A DNA stretch of 64,000 bases from Macrostomum lignano (Eukaryota): positions 49,417-113,416 of the forward strand of contig NIVC01003187.1 of NCBI GenBank assembly GCA_002269645.1, in the 5' to 3' direction. Below, one piece after another: positions 43,875-55,800 of this stretch (its first letter is position 1; each line of letters opens with the position of its first letter). Made by a program: the position numbers and the translations under genes. The notes below the pieces were generated by a model, which worked only from the letters and a program-made list of their open reading frames with translations, searched no databases and was not told the DNA's origin.

Positions 43875-46800
43875 ATGCGCAGCAGCAGCGGCGGTGGCGG
43901 CGGTAGCAACCTGGCCTCGCGTTCGCCAGACACTTCGCCAACAATTGGCCGACTTTTTCAGATTCGAAGGCAGACTGGCAGCGCCGGCCAGGAGCTGCTG
44001 TGGCGAGTGTTCGACGCCGTCCGACTGGAGGACAGAAAGGTTAGCAACCCTTTAGCCCTACCCTAACCCTATCGTATCTTTAGCTCTCGCTCAAGCATAG
44101 CCTTGACTCTAAAGCACTTATCCTAGCACTTATCCTAGAGCCCTGACCCTAGAGCCCTGACCCTAGAGCATTTACCCTAAAACCCTTACCCTAGAGCATT
44201 TACCCTAGAACCCTTACCCTAGAGCATTTACCCTAGAACCCTTACCCTAGAGCATTTACCCTAGAACCCTTACCCTAGAGCATTTACCCTAGAACCCTTA
44301 CCCTAGAGCATTTACCCTAGAACCCTTACCCTAGAGCATTTACCCTAGAACCCTTTATCTAGAGCTTTGACCCTAGTGCCCTGACCCTAGAGCATTTACC
44401 CTAGAACCCTTTCTCGAGAGCCCTTACCCTAGAGCCCTTACCCTAGAGCATTTACCCTAGAACCCTTTCTCGAGAGCCCTTACCCTAGAGCCCTTACCCT
44501 AGAGCATTTACCCTAGAACCCTTTCTCGAGAGCCCTTACCCTAGAACCCTTACCCTAGAACCCTGACCCTAGAGCCCTTACCCTAGAGCATTTTTAACTA
44601 TTATCTAAGATTTGAAAGGAAATTTTATAAAAGATTAGGCGAAGCAAGTGATTGCGTATTAAAGTGTAGGTGCTTGTGGGAAGAATTTGTATTGAACAAT
44701 AGAATTTCAGTTCTAAGCAATTGAACCAAAGTGAAGAAGGACACTGACAAGTCACATCGGACGCTGATTAATCACGCTTCCTCATTTTGGCAGTCGAGCA
44801 AGTAAAAATTGAAAAGTTCCCCCCCCCCCCAGCGAAAGAGGCAGACATCGGCAGCGGGACCAGCGGTCAGCTTTCTTGAGTTGCCAGCCGCACTGATTAG
44901 GGTGGCACAAACACGGCGATCCCCTGCGGGCTCCTGGCTGCAATCAGCCGTCGTATTAATTAATTGCGGCGTGTCCAATCAGACGGAGTCGGGCCGCTTG
45001 CTCCCCAGCGACAAGACTGTTATCCTCTCCTTCTGGCTTGAGGAATAGAATTCTCGTGTCTATCTGCCACAAGATTTTCCACCTATATGAATTTCAGGAA
45101 TTATCCTCTAGTGTAGCGAGACTTGCTTTTTTGCGAGGACCCTCCTGACGGGGCGAGCCGGTGTGTGTCTGATTTTTAATCAATGGAGATTTCCCAGCCT
45201 CTTCTCTGTGTGTGTGCTGCAGCTTTCCGATTCTTCAAAGATTCAATTAATTTCCTTGTCTATTCAAAAAGGGACCGATCTGCAGCTGCAAAGAAAGACT
45301 TTGTTCTTTATTGGCCTCTTTCACTGTATTCCTGTACAGTCAGTTGCTACTGCTAAGCTGTAATGAACGGCAGTGGCCAAAGTCAAAGGGAGGAATCAAT
45401 AAAAAACATGGGAAATCCTGGCCCCCTAGGAGAGCTCAGGTCCGACCGGAAGAGGTTGCGGCAACCGCGCGCAGAAATGAAATGATTTTGGGGGATCCTG
45501 TGCGGAAACAGGAAGACGTTCAAGTCATCGGTTCTATAATCAGCCCAGGGGGATGAAGTCAAAATAAAATAGGGAAGTCAGCGCTCTGCATTTGCCCTTC
45601 GCTTGCACTTTCCATTGCTCCGAAATCGGACTCAATAGCATCTCTGTAGCATTGCAAACTGAGTGGAGTTTTGGGGATTTTTGCTGCTAAAGTAGTTTCT
45701 GGTCTGCTAAACTGTTTAGCGCCTCGGTTTTTTCGACTTGATAGAAGCAAATCTATCTCAGCTCCCTCCATCTCGGCTGCTTTGAGCTCCGAAAAAATAG
45801 TTTAGAAACAAATTTTCTCGCATTTTGTGGCATCAATTTCAAACCGAATTTCGTCTTTTATCAGCAAGAGTCTGGCTTGCAAAGAACAAAACGGCTGGAT
45901 GAGAGAGCGGTGGCACTGTCTGTACGGTCTCTGACAGCTGACAGAGCTGTGAACAACTGGATGAGAGAGCGGTGGCACTGTCTGTACGGTCTCTGACAGC
46001 TGACAGAGCTGTGAACAACTGGATGAGAGAGCGGTGGCACTGTCCGTACGGTCTCTGACAGCTGACAGAGCTGTGAACAACTGGATGACAGAGCGGTGAC
46101 GCTGTCCGTACGGTCTCTGACAGCTGACAGAGCTGTGAACAACTGGATGAGAGAGCGGTGGCACTGTCCGTACGGTCTCTGACAGCTGACAGAGCTGTGA
46201 ACAACTGGATGAGAGAGCGGTGGCACTGTCCGTACGGTCTCTGACAGCTGACAGAGCTGTGAGCAACTGGATGAGAGAGCGGTGGCACTGTCTGTACGGT
46301 CTCTGACAGCTGACAGAGCTGTGAACAACTGGATGAGAGAGCGGTGGCACTGTCCGTACGGTCTCTGACAGCTGACAGAGCTGTGAACAACTGGATGAGA
46401 GAGCGGTGACGCTGTCCGTACGGTCTCTGACAGCTGACAGAGCTGTGAACAACTGGATGAGAGAGCGGTGGCACTGTCCGTACGGTCTCTGACAGCTGAC
46501 AGAGCTGTGAACAACTGGATGAGAGAGCGGTGGCACTGTCCGTACGGTCTCTGACAGCTGACAGAGCTGTGAACAACTGGATAGCGTTCTGCTGTCCATG
46601 TATAACAAAGGTGGTGCGACCTTGGTAAAATATTCTTTAGGGCCATCTGGAAGCGAAGTTTAAATTATTTTTTTTGGTCTCGGTACTCGTACATGAATTT
46701 TGTGTAAAGACTTCTTAACACATAAAGAAGACCTACCTGTGCTGACCCCCGAACGAAATGTACTTACGTTACACTTTTAGCACTAAAGGCTTATTAATAT

Positions 46801-49800
46801 TAATTCCTTAAGCACGATTTATTACCTCCAGGAATGCTCCTTGTTCATCTTTGACAAGCGAACGGCCGACAAGTTGCACAAGCCGAAACGAAAGGAAACA
46901 GTGTCCGAGATACTCAGGCGGGAAGTCAGATACCTGGAGAGATTCCGGCATCCGAAACTGTTGCAAATCTGGCACCCGATTGAAGAGTCCGGGTGAGCAT
47001 TAGCAGAATGAGTTTAGACGCGTGATCGAGTACCCAGCTGCGGAGTTTTTTCAGGTGTTTTTACCCCTATAAAAGTACCCTTCGGAAGCCGCAATCATGC
47101 ATCCTTACTTTTCCTCAAAGTCTGTGTTTTTTTCTAATCTTGCCTAAGCCTAAGCTCAGCTCAAGGATGCCCGCCGGCTCAGAGGCTGAAGCGAGATAAA
47201 GAATCTCTGCCCCCCCCGCCCCCGACCCGAGTGGCTCCAACAGGTGGCTGAACGCTAACAGGCAGATGGAAAGCGGTAGGCACGGGGTCGGAGTCATTGG
47301 GTGCTTTCTGCTTGCTGACTAAGAGATTAAATTCGGAGCGGGCGATCCTGGACAGCGATGTCTGAATGAACGAGGTAAAGTGCAGGTCCATTGACAGCTG
47401 AAGCAGACGGACGCTGTACTTGCAAGTCACGCAGATTTCGCTGGCCGCTCGCATTAGCGAGATGAGAAGATTTCAGGTTTTTTTAATTCCCAATATCTCA
47501 CCGGCTGGACTTCCGGATTGCAAATGCAGCAAGCAGGTGCTTTGTCGGGAGCACGAGAATTTCCCGCAGGATTTTTTCAGTCGGAATTTCAAGTCAAATC
47601 CAATCGGATTAGAAATCTAGTCTACGCCTGTAGTCTACTTCTAATCTAGTCTAGTTGACGTCTAGTCTAGCCTAGTCTAGTCTAGTCCAGTCTAGTCTAG
47701 TCTAGTCCAGTTTAGTCTAGACTAGTTCTAATCTAGTCTAGTTGATGTCTAGTCTAGTTGATGTCTAGTCTAGCCTAGTCTAGTCTAGTCCAGTCTAGTC
47801 TAGTCCAGTCTAGTCTAGTCCAGTCCAGTTTAGTCTAGACTAGTTCTAATCTAGTCTAGTTGACGTCTAGTCTAGCCTAGTCTAGTCTAGTCTAGTCCAG
47901 TCTAGTCTAGTCCAGTCTAGTTTAGTCTAGACTAGTTCTAATCTAGTCTAGCATTGTCTTTAGACTGTATTTGACTCGTACATGTAATTGAGATTTGCAA
48001 GTTCAGTAGGTGAGATAATTGGGAATTCAGTACTCGAATTTTTGAAATTATGAATTAATTTTGATTCGACATGCAGCGAATTTAGGGGATATTAGGCTAC
48101 TCTAAATACAGGGTAGATACAAAGACAAAAGGATGCAGCGTCTCTCATTATTCCCAGCCTCGCTGTCTTCTCAATGCCTTCTATGGCATTTTCCATATGC
48201 CGATGTCAGCTGCTGTCCTGAGAGCAGAAGCGCGGGAAGGGCTGCTGGGTTAATCGCTGACAAACACAGGCTGCAATTAGACAGGCGGGCAGGCAGACAG
48301 GCAGGTCTCTAATAAACATAAGACCTCATTCCTAATGGAGCTCTCTGCGAAAAGGAGAGTGGGTGAAGCTGTATTCAGGTAGATGAAGACCTGCACACTT
48401 TTTTATCCGAGCTCATGCATCTATGCCTGGCGTTGTAAGCTTTTTTGTTTAACCTTTTCTACCCATATTTTCCCCGGTTGATAATCACCCTGACTGTGCA
48501 GCGACAATTCTGGGTATTAAAACTTACCCCCCCCCCCTATGACATTGTCTGGAATTGCGACTGGGGCCGCCAGCACCAGAGGCGCCAGACCTCGTTGGTG
48601 TCAAAGTAGTTGTTGAGGAACCAGGGGCACCACTACTGCTGAGAAGGGGGCGCCATCATCTTTTACAGCTTATTAGGGGCACTCCGGCGGGTTGCCATCA
48701 CAAACCCGAAAAATCACAAACCCGAAAAATCACAACTCCGAAAGTACTTCCCATCATAAACCCGGAATATCACAAACCTAAAATATCATAAATCCGGAAA
48801 TCATAAACCCGGAATATCATTAACCCGGAATATCATAAACCCGGAATATCATAAACCCGGAAATCATAAACCAGGAATATCATAAACCCGAAATATCACA
48901 AAACCGGAATATCATAAACCCGAAATATCACAATACCGGAATATCATAACTCCGAAAGTTGCCCAACGGTATTTTGGTTTACAGAGTTCTGATATTTCGG
49001 GTTTGTGATGTTCCGGGTTTAAAATGCCCCCCTTCCTTGCCTCCCCTGGTGCGGGTCTGAGAACACACACACACACCGGTGCACACTGCTACAGCTTGCA
49101 CAGGGTGACAGGGCTCTGCCATTCTCACTTGTCAGGCACTTTGCTCCCCGGGGGGTGAGCCCTCAAGAGCTCGTATACCGGTATAGGACAAGGTAATACC
49201 TACAATCGGCTATCCCAGACACTACTCTCCACGTTTGTTGGTTGAGGGTTGTAGCCTAGTGTTTAGAGCGTCGGACTCACGACTGGAAGGTCGGGGGTTC
49301 GATTCTCGATCTACTCAGAACAATTTGTGTCCTTGAGCAAGGCACTTATAACTCTGCATTGCTTCAGTTCACACAGTTGTAAAATGGGTGCCAGCATTAG
49401 CTGGGGTAATTGAGGGTGTGTGTGGCGACCCCCCCAGTCCTTGGACTGAACAGCCGTAGCAGCCTTCAGATGCGCCGCGCAATAGCTGCGGCTGAGCTGT
49501 CGGTTGCACATCTGCCCATTGAACAACGTCAAGTCATGGCATCTGAAAGCGTGTTTCAAGTTTCTCCTAACTTTAGAAAAAAATGATTTCCACATCACTA
49601 ACTATCGAGATGATTGTCGTTTCTTTTGTTAACTCGAAACTCGGTGTCACGCAATCCTTTGTTGCTCACTCGGTTTTCGGTTACCGAAGCGTGCAAACTA
49701 AAGTAAACCGGCTGACTGATCGAGTCGTCACTCCCCGATTCCCCTTCGATGCGCACCGCAGGGACAGCCTGGCGTTCGCCACCGAGCCCGTCTGGGGCAG

Positions 49801-52800
49801 CCTGGCCAACTTTCTGGGAAACTGCGACAGAGTGCCCAGCGTGCCGCAGGAAATCAAGGTGAGTGACTGCGTCTCAAGTCCGCATCGTGATTGCAGCTTG
49901 TACAGTGCCCCAACTTCGGCCACCGTTGCAGGAGGGCTTCTCTGGCGAGCTAGAGATCAAGCAAGGAATCTATCAGGTTTGTGCACTGGCCTTGTGTCTG
50001 ATCGGTCTATCCTTGTGTCTGATCGGTCTGTCCTTGTGTCTGATCGGTCTATCCTTGTGTCTGATCGGTCTGGCCTCGTGTCTGATCGGTCTGGCCTCAC
50101 GGACTACTTAATTAGTCCGTGTCTGGCCTTGTGTCTGATCGGTCTGTCCTTGTGTCTGATCGGTCTGTTTTTGTGTCTGATCGGTCTGATCTTGTGTCTG
50201 ATCAGTCTGTCCCTGCGTCATCAGTCTGTTATTGTGTCTGATTGATAGATCATCATTGCACCTGATCGTGCTGTCCTTGTGAATAATTATTATGCCATCA
50301 TTGTGTCTGATTATTGCGTCATCATTGTGTCTGATTATTGCGTCATCATTGTGTCTGATTATTACGTCATCATTGTGTCTGATCGATCTGTACAAGATCC
50401 CTGGTACATGCGTTTTGAGCCACAGAAAACGATTTTTGCAGATCAACGAAGCACTGAAGTACCTGCACTTCACCCAACGCGTGATCCATGGCAATCTCAG
50501 CCTCTTCTCTATCATTGTCACCAAGCGCGGCTGCTGGAAACTTTCCGGCCTCGGCTTTGTGGAAAAATCTCCAGAAACTCACGTGAGAACGGGTGATTCT
50601 GTCTTGAATGAGAATAACTACCTCGTACTTACGCAATAAGACAGAGCGCACACAACTTTTTATTCCTGTCCCTCAAATGGTTGGCATTGGCGTCATCTTG
50701 ACGTTAATTGCGCATTCAAAGTCCATCGCCGAACTCAAAAATGAACTCTGTAAACCTAAGGAATCAGACCCGAGTCTTCTATCACATGAGAGCGAGCGGC
50801 AGTACACAGAGGGCAGGGGTTGCAGACGTCGGCACAGTGTAAAGTGCATCTCATAGCGCGAGGCCTGGCATAGCACGCACAGAATGCGGAAGCCTCCAGC
50901 TGGCTTAAACGGTTCCCGGCAGGGCGACTTTGCACTTTTGCAATGAAAGGCTTCGTCAGGCCGACAAGGCCAGTAATTGGCCCGTTACAAGCCGGCTTCC
51001 GCAGGAGTTTTCAGGCCGAGCCCACGTGCTCGAGAATGAATAGCGTAGAAAAAACTGCGAACACAAAGCGCGACTCCGCCTCTGTTAGTCAGGGCTTGGG
51101 ATTCTGCAGAGTTCGTGCCACTATTCTTCTGTCTATTGTAAGTACAACTCGCTCGAGTTTTATGAGCCCAAAGGGTCCGTTGTAAAACCTCCCTCAGGTA
51201 CGGCTCGTACTTATAGATTGACCTAGAAAGTTAGCATGTTGGCTGATTATGAGTTGAAGGTGGAGGATACAACTACATTGAGGCATTCGCAGGAAAGCCG
51301 TGGGCACCCTGGAGAACATCGGTTCCACAACCAGCTCTGACGGCAGTTCTGCCCGTTCCGCTGACTCCTGAGCACATTCAAGCGCGCCAATACTGCACTC
51401 TGGCATGCACTCACAGACACTCACACAGGGTGTACAGCGGCCCTGACTTTCTCTGTGCTTTGGGGGGGGGGTGGGGCTCATCGCACGACTATCCCGGAAA
51501 GATTTCGTTTTCAAAGCCCCAAATGAATCGAATCGAACCAGGATGGAAGAGTCTGCTGGACACTTTGTACATTGCGATCGAGTCTTATCAAAATTATTTT
51601 CTACTTAATTTTTGTGATCAATACAAACACAAAGTACAACTTCCCCATAATCGCCCTCACCAGGACGCCTACAATTACACCCAATGGTCGGCCAAGGTGT
51701 CGAAGATGGCTCAGCCGGATCTAGACTTCATGGCTCCCGACTTGCAGTTGCACGGCAGGGCTACTCAGGCCTGTGACATGTTCTCCTTTGGTCTGGTCAT
51801 TCACGCCGTGTTCAATGCCGGCGTCTCTTTGCTGGAGTCGCAGCGGAATGCGCAGAATTACCAGCGAAGGGTTGCGGAGGTGATTGGAGTTTATCAAATT
51901 GAGATTTTCGGCTTATTGTGCATGGATTAGGGCTTACGGAGTCGGAGTAGCGATCGGTGATTGTCCAGTATCAAATGTAGTTTATCGATTAGTGAATGGT
52001 GTTTATCGATTAACGGATAGTGTTTATCGATTAACGGATAGTGTTTATCTATCAACGGATAGTGTTTATCGATTAACGGATGGTGTTTATCTATTAACGG
52101 ATAGTGTTTATCAATTAACGGATAGTGTTTATCGATTAACGGATAGTGTTTATCGATTAACGGATAGTGTTTATCTATTAACGGATAGTGTTTATTGATT
52201 AGCGAATGGTGTTTATCGATTAACGGATAGTGTTTATCTATTAACGGATAGTGTTTATCGATTAACGGACAGTGTTTATCTATTAACGGATAGTGTTTAT
52301 CGATTAACGGACAGTGTTTATCTATTAACGGATAGTGTTTATCTATTAACGGATGGTATTTATCTATTAACGGATAGTGTTTATCGATTAACGGATAGTG
52401 TTTATCGATTAACGGATAGTGTTTATCGATTAACGGATAGTGTTTATCGATTAACGGATAGTGCTTATCTATTAACGGATGGTGTTTATCTATTAACGGA
52501 TAGTGTTTATCGATTAACTGATAGTGTTTATCGATTAACGGATAGTGTTTATCGATTAGCAATTTGGGCAGCTAGTATCAGCATCTCATTAGCCTGATTA
52601 ATTAATATTCCTATGCATTGATAAATTCGTACGCCTCTATTTGAGATGGGCCGGGCACTTAGCAAATGGCAGCTTTCAGAGCATTTAAAAGCACTTATCT
52701 CGCGCTGCTGCATTGGGGCAGGGCAGATGTCCTCGCCGTTCCCTCCATCTCTGCGTTTTCCAATCTCACAGTTGAGCAAAGAGGCCTGACTGGGCCTTTT

Positions 52801-55800
52801 TTAAACCTCCAGTCTCTCAGCTATCGGCTTCTAATAGTATTTCCCAGAAAGCAGGGAATCCAGCTGAGCAGCTCGAGAGTCGAGAAAGATGAGGGACTCG
52901 AAAATTAAAGAGGGAGAACGACGGACGGGGATATGGCGATTCTAAGGAGATAGATAGGAGTCTTAGTCGGGGATCTTTAATTAAACAGAGCTGCCCGGGT
53001 CTATCGACATCAACAAAGGACATGCCTGCGAGTGGCGAAAAATGGGGATTATGGGGATCAGGGAGAAGTTTTTAGAGATTTTTTAAGGAGGCGAGAAAAT
53101 TGAAGGATGACGATGTCTGGAGGGGCTTTCTGGCAGCCCAGCTGCCTTTCCTTGATCCCCATTTATGATTTTGATCCTCGATTTCTGCGGGCGACTCCTT
53201 CACAGTCAGCAGGCTGCTAGTAGGTAGTGTCAGCAGGCTGCCAGTAGGTAGTGTCAGCAGGCTGCTAGTAGGTAGTGTCAGCAGCCTGCCAGTAGGTAGT
53301 GTCAGCAGGCTGCTAGTAGGTAGTGTCAGCAGGCTGCTAGTAGGTAGTGTCAGCAGGCTGCTAGTAGGTAGTGTCAGCAGGCTGCCAGTAGGTAGTGTCA
53401 GCAGGCTGCCAGTAGGTAGTGTCAGCAGGCTGCCAGTAGGTAGTGTCAGCAGCCTGCCAGTAGGTAGTGTCAGCAGGCTGCTAGTAGGTAGTGTCAGCAG
53501 GCTGCTAGTAGGTAGTGTCAGCAGCCTGCCAGTAGGTAGTGTCAGCAGGCTGCTAGTAGGTAGTGTCAGCAGGCTGCTAGTAGGTAGTGTCAGCAGTCTG
53601 CCAGTAGGTAGTGTCAGCAGGCTGCTAGTAGGTAGTGTCAGCAGGCTGCCAGTAGGTAGTGTCAGCTGGCTGCTAGTAGGTAGTGTCAGCAGACTGCTAG
53701 TAGGTAGTGTCAGCAGGCTGCTAGTAGGTAGTGTCAGCAGGCTGCTAGTAGGTAGTGTCAGCAGAATGCTAGTAGGTAGTGTCAGCAGGCTGCTAGTAGG
53801 TAGTGTCAGCAGGCTGCTAGTAGGTAGTGTCAGCAGGCTGCTAGTAGGTAGTGTCAGCAGGCTGCTAGTAGGTAGTGTCAGCAGGCTGCTAGTAGGTAGT
53901 GTCAGCAGGCTGCTAGTAGGTAGTGTCAGCAGGCTGCTAGTAGGTAGTGTCAGCAGGCTGCCAGTAGGTAGTGTCAGCAGGCTGCCAGTAGGTAGTGTCA
54001 GCAGGCTGCCAGTAGGTAGTGTCAGCAGGCTGCTAGTAGGTAGTGTCAGCAGGCTGCTAGTAGGTAGTGTCAGCAGGCTGCTAGTAGGTAGTGTCAGCAG
54101 GCTGCTAGTAGGTAGTGTCAGCAGGCTGCTAGTAGGTAGTGTCAGCAGGCTGCTAGTAGGTAGTGTCAGCAGGCTGCTAGTAGGTAGTGTCAGCAGGCTG
54201 CTAGTAGGTAGTGTCAGCAGGCTGCTAGTAGGTAGTGTCAGCAGGCTGCTAGTAGGTAGTGTCAGCAGGCTGCTAGTAGGTAGTGTCAGCAGGCTGCTAG
54301 TAGGTAGTGTCAGCTGGCTGCTAGTAGGTAGTGTCAGCAGGCTGCTAGTAGGTAGTGTCAGCTGGCTGCTAGTAGGTAGTGTCAGCAGGCTGCTAGTAGG
54401 TAGTGTCAGCAGGCTGCTAGTAGGTAGTGTCAGCAGGCTGCTAGTAGGTAGTGTCAGCAGGCTGCTAGTAGGTAGTGTCAGCAGGCTGCTAGTAGGTAGT
54501 GTCAGCAGGCTGCTAGTAGGTAGTGTCAGCAGGCTGCCAGTAGGTAGTGTCAGCAGGCTGCCAGTAGGTAGTGTCAGCAGGCTGCCAGTAGGTAGTGTCA
54601 GCAGGCAGTTCAACAGACTTTCTGTCACTGGCCGCACTGCAGCTGCCGAAAATTCTGCCCCAGGCGCTGTCTGCGCTACCCCACGAACTGGCTGACAGTG
54701 TGGAGAAACTGCTGGACAGGGAGGCGCGTCACCGACCCGCCGCGCAGATGTTTTCCAAGGTGAGTGAAAGCGCTAACGACAGCTGCCTTGAGCAAGCTGT
54801 TTGACCGAAGATTATTGGTCCTGTTTAACTTAATCGATTCTTACCTAAATGACTGGGCTCTAACTCTTTTAGTCTAGCTTCGTCGCTGTTTGGCTGAAGG
54901 TTCAAGCCCTGTTTAGCCTCTCCTCGTCGCTGATTGGCTGAAGATCCAAGCCCCGTTTAGACCCTCCTCGTCGCTGATTGGCTGAAGGGTCTAACCCCGT
55001 TTATCCTCTCCTTGTCGCTGATTGGCTAAAGTGTATAACTCGGTTCTATAATCTAACATAATCTGCAAATGAAAAAAGTGAAAGATTAAAGAATGTAAGC
55101 AATGTTACCAGTTGCAGTACTCTACTTAAGGAGTCGACAACAATATTTGGTCTATTAGGAATTTTCTATACTTAAATTTTTCGATAATTTACTGGCAAGG
55201 CGATTGCTAACCAATTACCCGCACTCGAATTGCAGATCAAGTACTTTCAAGACCCCCTGCTGCTGGCGCTGGAAGGCCTCTCCACTTGCGAAGCAAAGAC
55301 AATGGACCAGAAGAGGGAGTTTTTCAGCCTGCTGATGCAAACAATGATGCGGGAACAGTTTCCCAAGGTAAAAAAGGGGTTGGCACCGTTTTTTGCTTCA
55401 CTTCTGTTTGGGAGTGGGAGCGAGAGGAGATAAAAATAATCACAAAATAATAGTTTTTCCCACACTGTCCTTTCACTTTGTTTATCATTGGCTTTTTATT
55501 TAGCGGAAGCATTGTCAGGAAATTTCAATTGTTGAACACATCTTAGTGGGCTCGCCTGTTGCCCGTTTCACCTGTCTACTATAGAGAATATGACATTGTT
55601 TAGGGGATCAATTCCCATTTATTTGAGCTTAAGGAATTTTTGCTGAGCTCTCTTCCCCTCTGCTGGGTTGTTTTCTCCTCTCCTCCTAAACTCTCCTCTC
55701 CACTCCTGAGTTCTCTTCTCCTGAGTTCTCTTCTCTCCTGAGTTCTCTTCTCTTGAGTTCTCTTCTCTCCTGAGTTCTCTTCTCTTGAGTTCTCTTCTCC

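Noticed and set aside
53072-54695. 521-aa LLTLPTSS and 309-aa LLVGSVSR ORFs
   Set aside because: A 24-bp intronic array open on both strands; only 54643-54759 is a real exon
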